NCBI GenBank assembly: GCA_902802115.1
Contig: CADCKW010000001.1
Location: 152,700 to 216,699 of the forward strand
DNA: 64,000 bases
Direction of reading: 5' to 3'
From: an uncultured Pseudomonadota bacterium
Lineage (GTDB): Bacteria > Pseudomonadota > Alphaproteobacteria > Rs-D84
Within the stretch, counting starts at the first letter, position 1. Each line of letters opens with the position of its first letter. Shown here piece by piece: positions 50,816-60,077 of this stretch. The notes below the pieces were generated by a model. That model did not search any database and had not been told where the DNA came from. It saw only the letters and a list, made by a program, of their open reading frames with translations. The position numbers were made by a program, and so were the translations under genes.

Positions 50816-51562
50816 TTACCGACTTGATATATTTAAATTTTGTGTTTCACCATCTTTACTAAACACAACACCATCTTCCAATGATATAGATTTCACAACA
50901 AAACCGTCGATTTTTTTACCAACCGTCACGCGTTTTGTTTGCCCTGTTTCCAAATCAGACAATGTTGCCTGCAATTGATTACCCGCACCCATAACATTTA
51001 CCAATTTATACAAAGAAGAAATATCAACCCAATCTTCATCTTGATTTTCTTCCACTATGGGTTTCTTTTTTGCCGATTGAGATTTTTTTGCAGAATTCGT
51101 TGCAACCGGTGCCGCATATGTTTCATTTTCAGCCGCCGCAATCAAAGCCTTTTTCTCTGCCTCTATACGCGCAGCCTCGGCTTCCAATTTTGCTTTTTCA
51201 TTTTGTAAAATCTGCTGTTCTTGTTCTGCGCGTCCAGATAGCGTGTCCATTTCCATTTGCAGTTTGATTTTTTCAGCCGCCAATCTATCCAAATCCAAAT
51301 CCAATTGTGCGCGTTCTTTTTCCAATTCCATTAAAACTTTTTGCTGTTCTAAATCTGTAATTTTTTGAAATACAGACCCATCAACATCATAACTCGCAAC
51401 AGACATAGCCGACAAATCATCTGCGGCATCATTGGTTAAATAATCATAAGAATCTTCTTCAACCAAATTTTCGAAATCATCGTCCGCATACGACATAACC
51501 GGCATAGAAAACACCGCAAACAAACCGAACAACAAACCAAACAATTTAATTTTATTTTGCAT
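50816..51562 (-). CDS. PilP-like type IVb pilus biogenesis protein
   Basis: Signal peptide, coiled coil, C-terminal beta domain (VNVMGAGNQLQATL...GFVVKSIS.DGV). Lies between PilO2 and the ATPase. Confidence 0.7.
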   Translation of the reverse strand: MQNKIKLFGLLFGLFAVFSMPVMSYADDDFENLVEEDSYDYLTNDAADDLSAMSVASYDVDGSVFQKITDLEQQKVLMELEKERAQLDLDLDRLAAEKIKLQMEMDTLSGRAEQEQQILQNEKAKLEAEAARIEAEKKALIAAAENETYAAPVATNSAKKSQSAKKKPIVEENQDEDWVDISSLYKLVNVMGAGNQLQATLSDLETGQTKRVTVGKKIDGFVVKSISLEDGVVFSKDGETQNLNISSR

Positions 51563-52874
51563 AGATTATAACCTCATAGTTCCAATTGCGTGATATTGCA
51601 TTCCACGCGCAACGCGTGACATAAACACCACCAAAATCTTCAAACATTTTTGTAAATTGCATTGGCAATAATTTTGAACTCACTGCAATTTCTACAATGT
51701 TTAATTTTGCTGTATCAACACCATTTGTTAATGTATCAACAACAATCTTTGTTTTTGCGTCCATGTGCGCCGTTTGAAACAAACTGACAACATTGCGTTC
51801 AATTGTTTCAGCATCGCGTTCGTCCAAAGACGCCACATGTTCAATATTTGGCAAAGCAACACTAACACTCAAAGTATTGTCATCTATTTCAACAACACTC
51901 GCCCCAGGTAAAAAATCCGCCGCCACAGAATAAAAACCGTCTAATGATCCAAATTTTCTGTTAAATTCTGCCGTTGCGCGTGTTTCATCACAAACAACAT
52001 TTGATTGTGACCAACCGGTCACAGGCTGCATCAAAAATCCAATTGCCTGATAGCATTGTTTTGCACGCGCAACCGGTTCTGGCAAATTAGTATATGGCAA
52101 AACCAGCGGTTCGACTTCTGTTTTTTGAATATCAAATTCTGCATCTAACTCTTTATTTTTTTCTTCGACCTGACGTTTATATTCCGCAACTAATTCAGGG
52201 TCCAATTCAACTTTTTTTGGCGCAGTAATTTTATTGATTGGTTCGCGAAATATAAAATACAACGCACCAAAGAAAATCAAAAACAAAACCGCAGAAAACA
52301 CAACAGGCGCCCAACGACTGATTGCGCGCAAATTATATTTTGTTTTGCGTGGCAACAAAGTATTCAAATCGCGTGCAGATGCGCGTGGTATTCCCCATGA
52401 ATTCGGCGCAATAAATGCGGTCCAATCTGGAATCTTTGAAAATTTGGCATATTCTGCGCGCGCATCGGCCTCGTCACTGTATAATTTATCAGCCAAAATA
52501 ATACCATTACGCACAGCCAACAAATAATATTTTTTATCAACAATAAAAACCGCCAAAAATGAAGAATACTCGGACAAAGTATCAACAATTTCTGCGGCAG
52601 CCGATGGCATACCTGCATAAAATCCACGATGTTTTGGTGCCAAACCAACCATGGACCGATATTCAACAAATAAATTTGCTTTAACCTTGGAATTTTTTGT
52701 TAAAACGCGCGCATAATTTTTTGCACTGTACCCAACCGCAACCGGTTGCCAAAACAACCCAGCGGCAAAACGTTTTTTATTTACATGCAACAAATTAGAC
52801 AATGTTTTATCACCAAACCCGAACAATTTGTTGAATAAAAAACTGAAAAAAGCGCCTATAACCGTATCTAACAA
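51552..52874 (-). CDS. Type IVb pilus protein PilO2
   Basis: KRFAAGLFWQ, YYLLAVRNG.IL.D, central TM, CYQAI...GW...C. Confidence 0.75.
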   Translation of the reverse strand: MLDTVIGAFFSFLFNKLFGFGDKTLSNLLHVNKKRFAAGLFWQPVAVGYSAKNYARVLTKNSKVKANLFVEYRSMVGLAPKHRGFYAGMPSAAAEIVDTLSEYSSFLAVFIVDKKYYLLAVRNGIILADKLYSDEADARAEYAKFSKIPDWTAFIAPNSWGIPRASARDLNTLLPRKTKYNLRAISRWAPVVFSAVLFLIFFGALYFIFREPINKITAPKKVELDPELVAEYKRQVEEKNKELDAEFDIQKTEVEPLVLPYTNLPEPVARAKQCYQAIGFLMQPVTGWSQSNVVCDETRATAEFNRKFGSLDGFYSVAADFLPGASVVEIDDNTLSVSVALPNIEHVASLDERDAETIERNVVSLFQTAHMDAKTKIVVDTLTNGVDTAKLNIVEIAVSSKLLPMQFTKMFEDFGGVYVTRCAWNAISRNWNYEVIIYAK

Positions 52875-52951
52875 TTTATTTCATCTCTCCTGCAAACAAT
52901 TATAACAAAAAAAGATAATCTTTGGCAAACAGATAATATCCAATATTATTT

Positions 52952-53299
52952 TTATTTGTTATTTAATTTTTCAAATTTGGCACCACAATCATAAACACGC
53001 GCAACCATATTATATTTATATTCTGGTCCAAACATCACCCATGACTTTTGTTGTTTATCATCAACCTCTAACCAAACAACATTTCCAGACCGCCCAGTTG
53101 TCACAATTTGATTTTTTAAATATTGAATTGCATCATCATGGGAATAAAATTCTGCCTCGGCACTCATTTTATATAAATAAACACAATTTGCTGGGGCGGT
53201 ATCAACAACAACCAATTTATCAGCACCCGACATTGGTTCAACTGTATTATTACATGCCGCCAACAAACAAACCAAACCACACAAAAATATTTTTTTCAT
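52952..53299 (-). CDS. Small lipoprotein (DUF4156-like)
   Basis: CLLAAC lipobox; CVYL...LKNQ...GNVV...VYDC. Confidence 0.7.
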   Translation of the reverse strand: MKKIFLCGLVCLLAACNNTVEPMSGADKLVVVDTAPANCVYLYKMSAEAEFYSHDDAIQYLKNQIVTTGRSGNVVWLEVDDKQQKSWVMFGPEYKYNMVARVYDCGAKFEKLNNK

Positions 53300-53354
53300 T
53301 TTTTCCTCCTTGTCCCACGAAGCCTTGGCGAAGTGGGATCCTTTTTTTTATAAA

Positions 53355-54293
53355 TCACTTTTCAACAATTTCGTAATTTTCTGGGTCGCTAAACAATTTT
53401 CTTAAAACCAGATTATTTAACGCATGACTACCTTTATATGACACCAAATCACCAACAATAATTCCCCCAGATAAAAACATATCACCCAACGCATCTATTA
53501 CTTTGTGACGAACAAACTCATTTTCCCAATACAGATTATTTAATACACCGTCACCTTTGGCATTAACAACGATAACATTATGTTCATTTGCACCATGTGC
53601 CATACCATGCTTTTTTAAAACTTCCCACTCTGAAATTTTTCCAAAAGTGCGTGCATGTGCAACATTTTTAATAAAATTATTTTGTGATTTTTTTGTGCCA
53701 TCAAACAAATAAGAAAAACTTTGGTCACCAATAATTTTTTCAGGATAAACCAATGTCGCCGTCACATTTAAACCACGACCATCATTTGGCATCAACTTTA
53801 CAAAACCACTGGTTTTTCGCCCAGCCAGTTTATTTATAATCCAAAATTTTAACCTTTCAATTCTAGAAATATTTTTCTTGGCCTCTGCCGATGTCACAAC
53901 AACTTCGCGTTTAACAATTATGCGTTTTAATTTTTTTCCAACAACCCCAACAGACAAAAATTTTTCCATAAATTCAGCCGCACTACCGTCCAGTATCGGT
54001 GTTTCTGGACCATCTATTTCAACGATTGCACTATCAACACCAACCAACATCAACGCAGCCATAAAATGTTCAATTGTTTGGACATGTGGCGCACCCATAT
54101 TTCCAATTGTGGTATTACGCATTTTTGTTTCACCAACATTTGAATATATGGCGGGTATATCGAACTTTTTATCCAAATCCACACGATGAAAAACTATTCC
54201 TGGGACCTTGGACGGTTTAATAACCATTGTGACAGGTTTTCCACTGTGAATACCATGACCCGAAATAGAAAATTTTTTCTTAAAAGTTGCCAT
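53355..54293 (-). CDS. lpxC: UDP-3-O-acyl-GlcNAc deacetylase
   Basis: GHGIHSG, TIEHFMAAL, ETPILDGSA, ARTFG, RHKVIDALGD, GSHALN. Confidence 0.95.
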   Translation of the reverse strand: MATFKKKFSISGHGIHSGKPVTMVIKPSKVPGIVFHRVDLDKKFDIPAIYSNVGETKMRNTTIGNMGAPHVQTIEHFMAALMLVGVDSAIVEIDGPETPILDGSAAEFMEKFLSVGVVGKKLKRIIVKREVVVTSAEAKKNISRIERLKFWIINKLAGRKTSGFVKLMPNDGRGLNVTATLVYPEKIIGDQSFSYLFDGTKKSQNNFIKNVAHARTFGKISEWEVLKKHGMAHGANEHNVIVVNAKGDGVLNNLYWENEFVRHKVIDALGDMFLSGGIIVGDLVSYKGSHALNNLVLRKLFSDPENYEIVEK

Positions 54294-55200
54294 TTAATTT
54301 TTCCTCTAACCAGTTAAAGAACATTTTATCAATCTTGGTATCTAATCTTGCAAACTTGATTTCATCACGCACATTTTGTGGCAACCTTACCCAGTCTTTT
54401 TCAGTTGTCACCAACTTTGCATTTTTTTTATCTGCCAAATTTAATAAATCTTTGATATCTTGTTCTGTATATTGATAATGGTCAGCATAAGATTTTTTAT
54501 AAACAACATTTTTTAATTGTTGAAAGAATTTTTCAGGATATCCAATTCCCGCAAACGCAACCAATTTTTCATCTTCATCATATGGCGATAAGGTTGTATT
54601 TTCTGCATAAAATACCGGGATATTTGCCGGCAATTTTAAATCAGGTAATTTTATATTTTTTTTATTTGCACGCACAATAATAATTGCATCAGCCCGCATT
54701 AACCCAGACCGCCCTTCGCGCATAGGACCCGCAGGCAACAAAAAACCATTACCAAAACCCAAAGCCTCGTCAATAACAACCACAGAAATATCTTTATTTA
54801 TTGACAGGTTTTGAAATCCATCGTCCATAACAATTGGTGTATTTGATTTTTGTTTATTTAATAAAACAATATTACTTTTTCTGTCGCCTGTATGAACATT
54901 TAAACCATATCGCGCCAACATCAAAGCCTCGTCACCAACACCATTTGTCTTGTTTGATTTTTTATAACCACGCATAACAACGGGCGCATCTAAAAATTCA
55001 GCAATTTGACGAACAATCGGTGTTTTACCAACACCACCCGCCAAAATATTACCAACACAAATAATTTTACGACGCGATATATATGGATTTTTTGCGCGAT
55101 GCCGCATTATTAATTTATTAGCCAACCAATACAGCCCCGACATTGGCAACAAAGCCAACGCAAGTGCAGATTTATGCAAAAACCAATAAGGTGTTTTCAT
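54280..55200 (-). CDS. lpxK: Tetraacyldisaccharide 4'-kinase
   Basis: CVGNILAGGVGKTP, RGY, GDEALML, MDDGFQN, LPAGPMRE, AFAGIGYPEKFF, TTEKD. Confidence 0.96.
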   Translation of the reverse strand: MKTPYWFLHKSALALALLPMSGLYWLANKLIMRHRAKNPYISRRKIICVGNILAGGVGKTPIVRQIAEFLDAPVVMRGYKKSNKTNGVGDEALMLARYGLNVHTGDRKSNIVLLNKQKSNTPIVMDDGFQNLSINKDISVVVIDEALGFGNGFLLPAGPMREGRSGLMRADAIIIVRANKKNIKLPDLKLPANIPVFYAENTTLSPYDEDEKLVAFAGIGYPEKFFQQLKNVVYKKSYADHYQYTEQDIKDLLNLADKKNAKLVTTEKDWVRLPQNVRDEIKFARLDTKIDKMFFNWLEEKLNGNF

Positions 55201-55994
55201 TATTTTTTTCTCAATTTTTCTTTTTCTAATTTTTTCGCCTCGCGCAATTTGCGTTTAAAATCAGTCGCTGTCAAACCTTCTTCAACATGCATCAAGTTAA
55301 AAATCTTGTCCAAATCACGCATTTGTTTTACACAAATTCTTTCAATTTTTTCGCGTTCTTTTTCAAAAGCCTCGGTTTTAATTTTTGATTTCACAAAAAT
55401 AGGCTCACCCACATCAACAATGGTTTTTGCAAACGGCAAAGTCACCAAATATCTGTCCCAACGGGTTTGAAACCATGATTTAGACGAAGAAAAACAAACC
55501 GGAATAATTGGCACATTTGCCATTTTTGCAAAATACATTGCCCCGTCTTGCAATTTCAAAGACGGACCACTGGGGCCATCTGGACACATAACAATACAAC
55601 GACCCTCGTTATGCAAAACACGCACACCTTCGCGCAGAACAGACACCGCACCGGACGAAGTACTGCCGTATATGGCGGTTGCACCAAACAGCCGTTGAAT
55701 CTTTGCCATCAACCTGCCGTCTTTATGGCGACTGGCAACGGCACAAGACCGCATGCGGTACAATAACATAATCACACTGGGCACCATTGTTCGCCCATGC
55801 CACACCACAAATACAGCCGGTTTTTTACGATATTCGCGCAAAATGCGTTTATTACGCACATGATTACAACATGTAATATAAATCAAAAACACAACAAAAA
55901 CGGCAAACCCTGCAACAAACCATTGCACAGGCGCCGAACTAACAATAGGTTCAATAACATATTTTTTAAACTTTGACATATATTTTTTCACCAT
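55200..55994 (-). CDS. DUF374 lysophospholipid acyltransferase family protein
   Basis: VWHGR, SRHKDGRL, GSTS.G, PDGPSGP, WDRYLVTLPF. Confidence 0.88.
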   Translation of the reverse strand: MVKKYMSKFKKYVIEPIVSSAPVQWFVAGFAVFVVFLIYITCCNHVRNKRILREYRKKPAVFVVWHGRTMVPSVIMLLYRMRSCAVASRHKDGRLMAKIQRLFGATAIYGSTSSGAVSVLREGVRVLHNEGRCIVMCPDGPSGPSLKLQDGAMYFAKMANVPIIPVCFSSSKSWFQTRWDRYLVTLPFAKTIVDVGEPIFVKSKIKTEAFEKEREKIERICVKQMRDLDKIFNLMHVEEGLTATDFKRKLREAKKLEKEKLRKK

Positions 55995-56111
55995 TAAAAA
56001 TTCACAGGAATCTTAGCAATAATAAAAATACAATGCAAGGGACAAAAGCCCTAAAAAACACTAACAAACGGTTTTAAGTGAAATTTTTTAAAAAAAACAT
56101 AGTGTTTTTTA

Positions 56112-56139
56112 TTGACATTTAATAAATTTAGTATATAAT
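56112..56139 (+). promoter_or_regulatory. Consensus sigma70 promoter for tRNA-fMet
   Basis: TTGACA - 16 bp - TATAAT. Confidence 0.85.
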
Positions 56140-56153
56140 AGACATTACGTTAT

Positions 56154-56230
<77 letters not shown>

Positions 56231-56593
56231 ATTTAAATAAAAAGGCACCACAAATGGTGCCTTTTTATTTAAACTTGTATTGTTGGTGATTTGAACCAAC
56301 GAGGAAAGTTGGTTCAACCGCAGGCGAAAGGCGAACGAAAGTGCGCCGGTGAGCAAAGCGAATGAGCCAAGGTGGCGAAGCAAATCCATCTCTACATATA
56401 AATATATAACTACAAATTTGCGCGCAGACACTATGTGTCGAGCGAAAGAATTCCATCGGCACTTTATGCCTGCTGGGCATTCGTTAGCACTCAAACTTCG
56501 TTATCACTCGTTTTTGCTTACTCATAGTCCATCTCCCACCATATTTTGCAATAAAACCAAAAAAGTGGCGTTTTATCGCCACTTTTGAACTCA

Positions 56594-56968
56594 TTAGTGC
56601 TTTTTACACAATTTTGTGCATTTTTTATTGCAACTTTTATTCGCACTTTTTTGTGTCGCATTATTTGTAATAGTATCTGTTGTTGTTCGTTCTGTATATT
56701 CCACAGAATCTTCAATTTCATTTAATGTTTCTGTATTACTGATTTCAAATGAAAATTCTTCTTTTGAAATCATAAATTGTGGAACATCAGATTCAACACT
56801 ATCAAAACAACCACATAAAAATAACTCTGATGTTGATGTTTTTACTGTTTTTCCATTTTGTTCAGTGGTAGTAGTGCTTCTTTCATTTGGTAAACACTTA
56901 CCAACAATTGTATTATTATCACATGCACATAAACATAATAAAACGGGTAAAACATATAATCTTTTCAT
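56594..56968 (-). CDS. Hypothetical lipoprotein
   Basis: VLLCLCAC lipobox. Confidence 0.75.
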   Translation of the reverse strand: MKRLYVLPVLLCLCACDNNTIVGKCLPNERSTTTTEQNGKTVKTSTSELFLCGCFDSVESDVPQFMISKEEFSFEISNTETLNEIEDSVEYTERTTTDTITNNATQKSANKSCNKKCTKLCKKH

Positions 56969-57153
56969 TATTTATCCTTTTTATGAATACTAAGATTATA
57001 TTCTAATATATTATTTCTTTCAATATTTAAACTTTCTTTTGCTTATTATTTTTTATATCTTTTCTCATTTTCTCAATATTTTTCCAAGATTTCTGCCTTT
57101 TCTTTTCTTTTTCTTTTCTCTTTTTTTCTTCTTTTTTACATTTTAAGAAAAGA

Positions 57154-58848
57154 CTATTTGTTTCTCACCAATACCCATTTTGGTGTTTGTCTTGTACCAA
57201 TATTACTTATAATACCCCTTTCATGCATTCTATGTAATATATTGCTTATTTTTTTATTTTTTTGCTCTCTAGTAAGTGATTTTGGAAGATTATTCAATAA
57301 TAAATCATTTATTGTCCTACGGTCTACAAAAGACACCTCTTTTAAGGTTTTTATGATTATATCTTCACAATATCTGTTTCCAAAAATAGAATGTTTTAAA
57401 TATTCAGATTTTTCATTCGTTGTTTCTGCTATTGAAGCTGATATATAAATATTTGGATATCTTCCTTCTATGTATTGCAACCTTCTAAGTTCATCTGCTT
57501 CTTGTTTAGAAATATTTTTACCCTTTTGTAATTTATCTAAATACATAATATGTCTTAAAGATATATCTCGGTTGTTTAATAATAATTGGGCATAATTTTT
57601 ATCTATTACAGAACCTATTATTTCCAATTTTACACGTTCATTATCCAGATCATAATCTGGCAATGGAAATAACCTTTCTTTTTGAAGCATGAACATCTTT
57701 CTTATTCCTCTACCAACAGTATCAATCATATTAAGCCCAAGCATTGCTTCTGCCAAAAATTTATTTCTATATACTATTGAATGATATCCTTTTTCTATCA
57801 CATTTTCTACTGTACCAGGAATAAAACTTCCTGCGTTTTCAAATATAAGCCTATCTTCTTTTTCAATAACGTTTATTCTTGAACATTTTTCATAGTCCTG
57901 ATGAGCTATACAATTATTTAGTGCTTCCCTTATTAAATAAGGATCATATTTATCAATTTCTTCAGGAAAAAGATCGTTTTTGATATATCTATATTTCAAA
58001 TTTCTTATTTTACTATACACACCACTAACAGATAATATAAATGGAGGATAAAAATGTTGATAATCAACAGTATCTCCTTTTGAATCTAACAACATCCAAG
58101 TTATCTGTGCTACATATGGAGATAATAAATCTCTACTTTCTGGTTTACCTAGTAGTATGATGGCTGTGTTTGTAATTTTTCCATTTTTTAACAATTTTGC
58201 ATTTTTTAAAAAAGTGAACTTATCCCACTCGTCTATTTCTCTTTTTGGAATCCTCCCATTTTTTATTGAAAAGTTTTCTTTAGCGACAAGTACAGCTTCA
58301 TCAGAAATATCATCTAATGTTGCATTTTGAACAATTTTTGCTGACCAATCTTCCTTTACCTCATTTAAAATATTTCTTTGTGTTTGCTCATCCATATCTC
58401 GTAAATCTTCACCTATTCTCATTAATGGAATACCATAAAATCTCAATAATCCTCCCACAGGTCTTGAAGGAATTTTTATAACCAACACTCTTTTATCATC
58501 TACATTAAAAACATCTATTTCTATTCGTATACCAAGTTTTTCATATATACTTTTCTTAACAATTTCTAGATTTTCACAGGCATTTGTTCCAACTATTTCT
58601 TTATTATTATCCATACCAAGAATTAGCTTTCCACCTAGTTCATTTCCTAAAGCAACACAATAAGCATAAATACAATTTCTTTTATTAATATCCCCTAAAG
58701 TAGAATAACTGGCTTTTGCCTCTTTAAATTCTAAATGCTCGTTTTCATGACCTGTAATATTTAATAAATCAAAAAATTCTTGTTTTGTCATACGAATCGT
58801 TTCCTTTTTGCTACTAAACAACATAATAAAAAAGAGTCGTTTTTTCAA
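57154..58848 (-). CDS. Schlafen/AlbA_2 + HATPase_c_4 (RecG-C-like) + wHTH protein (probable start 58791)
   Basis: ENEHLEFKEA, VALGNELGG.LILGM, RIGE, IREALNNCIAHQDY, N.GSFI, YRNKFLA.AM..LNMIDTVGRGIR. Confidence 0.88.
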   Translation of the reverse strand: MKKRLFFIMLFSSKKETIRMTKQEFFDLLNITGHENEHLEFKEAKASYSTLGDINKRNCIYAYCVALGNELGGKLILGMDNNKEIVGTNACENLEIVKKSIYEKLGIRIEIDVFNVDDKRVLVIKIPSRPVGGLLRFYGIPLMRIGEDLRDMDEQTQRNILNEVKEDWSAKIVQNATLDDISDEAVLVAKENFSIKNGRIPKREIDEWDKFTFLKNAKLLKNGKITNTAIILLGKPESRDLLSPYVAQITWMLLDSKGDTVDYQHFYPPFILSVSGVYSKIRNLKYRYIKNDLFPEEIDKYDPYLIREALNNCIAHQDYEKCSRINVIEKEDRLIFENAGSFIPGTVENVIEKGYHSIVYRNKFLAEAMLGLNMIDTVGRGIRKMFMLQKERLFPLPDYDLDNERVKLEIIGSVIDKNYAQLLLNNRDISLRHIMYLDKLQKGKNISKQEADELRRLQYIEGRYPNIYISASIAETTNEKSEYLKHSIFGNRYCEDIIIKTLKEVSFVDRRTINDLLLNNLPKSLTREQKNKKISNILHRMHERGIISNIGTRQTPKWVLVRNK

Positions 58849-59112
58849 TAAAGTTTTAACTTATTACCAACATAGTGTGACGTTATTAAAAATATTTAAC
58901 ACAAATCCAGCAAACCCAATTTATCTTTAAAAAGTTGTATTTCATGCTCGATAGCTATTAAATCCTGATAATAATTAGCTCGAGGACCGCACACCGAGCA
59001 CAACCAGTTTAGATAAAAAAACATCCAAAAATTTGGGTGTTTTTTATTTAATTTGTTCTGGGATTTGAACCAACGAGTTATACGGATAGAAACACACCAA
59101 TTTACCAAAAAC

Positions 59113-59457
59113 TCACCCAACCAAATCGAACGACATTTCTATCAATTTTTGGACATTTTTTAATGGTATTGTTCCGTCCAATAACACAGTTATCCATTTT
59201 TGTTTATTCATATGATATGCTGGCAATATTCCATTAACCCCACGCAACAAATCGACATTATCGGTTTTAAGATTTATAAAATCAACCGCGCCATCGCCTG
59301 ACAATTTCAATGTTTTACGTGGTAATTCTGCAACCAAAGCAAACCATTTTTGATTACCATTATTACGAAACACAAAAAAAGTTGGATATTTTTTCCATAA
59401 ATATTCAGGCTTTGCGCCATACTTTTTTGCTACAAATTTTACTATATCGTCTTTCAT
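59113..59457 (-). CDS. MmcQ/YjbR family protein
   Basis: KWFALV, INLK, PAYHMNKQKWITV, LI.MSF.L. Confidence 0.92.
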   Translation of the reverse strand: MKDDIVKFVAKKYGAKPEYLWKKYPTFFVFRNNGNQKWFALVAELPRKTLKLSGDGAVDFINLKTDNVDLLRGVNGILPAYHMNKQKWITVLLDGTIPLKNVQKLIEMSFDLVG

Positions 59458-60077
59458 TTACAGTTTGCTAATTCTTTATATTGTTTATTTTCTTCATCAA
59501 TTTTGGCATTACGCAGTTCTTCGGCCGCAGATATTTTTTGTTTTACCAAAACAACATCTGGGTGATTTTGTAATTTATAATTTATTTCATCGATTGCGGC
59601 ACTGATATCTGTATCATTTTTAACATATACCGGCATAATTGAATTAGCCGCCGAATACACAGAATTTTTCAAATCATCTTGGAAATCATCAATCACAGAC
59701 AGATAAGCATTAATATGTTCGCCTTCGTGTTCCAAAACAACCTTGTATGAACAAGAATTCACACCATGACGCATATCGACCTTGACCAAGAAATCACTAT
59801 AACCAATAATCGCATTTATACTTTTAACACCAATACAATATCCATCACGATTAGGCAATTCATCAATATTTACAACAATATCATATTCATCAACCAAAGT
59901 CGCAACAACATTACCATGATAAAAATCCATCATTTTCAAAGGCTGACCAACCTTTTTAACCCAATCAGGTTTATTTATTTGCACAGTTGGTTTTGTTTTG
60001 TAAATCACACATTTATCACGCGCATACCCACCAGATATGACAAAAACAGATAAAAAAAATGCAATAAATTTATACAT
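59454..60077 (-). CDS. Secreted protein with HExxH motif (possible zinc peptidase)
   Basis: Signal peptide; VLEHEGEHIN. Confidence 0.65.
   Translation of the reverse strand: MYKFIAFFLSVFVISGGYARDKCVIYKTKPTVQINKPDWVKKVGQPLKMMDFYHGNVVATLVDEYDIVVNIDELPNRDGYCIGVKSINAIIGYSDFLVKVDMRHGVNSCSYKVVLEHEGEHINAYLSVIDDFQDDLKNSVYSAANSIMPVYVKNDTDISAAIDEINYKLQNHPDVVLVKQKISAAEELRNAKIDEENKQYKELANCK

Noticed and set aside
56301-56310. GAGGAAAGT, resembling the RNase P RNA CR-I motif
   Set aside because: The following bases and the other conserved RNase P regions are absent, and the site lies within tRNA-linked repeats.
57030-57145. Pyrimidine-rich tract (K/E/R-rich ~30-codon open frame on the minus strand)
   Set aside because: It has no start codon or RBS and is probably a decayed low-complexity remnant in the island.
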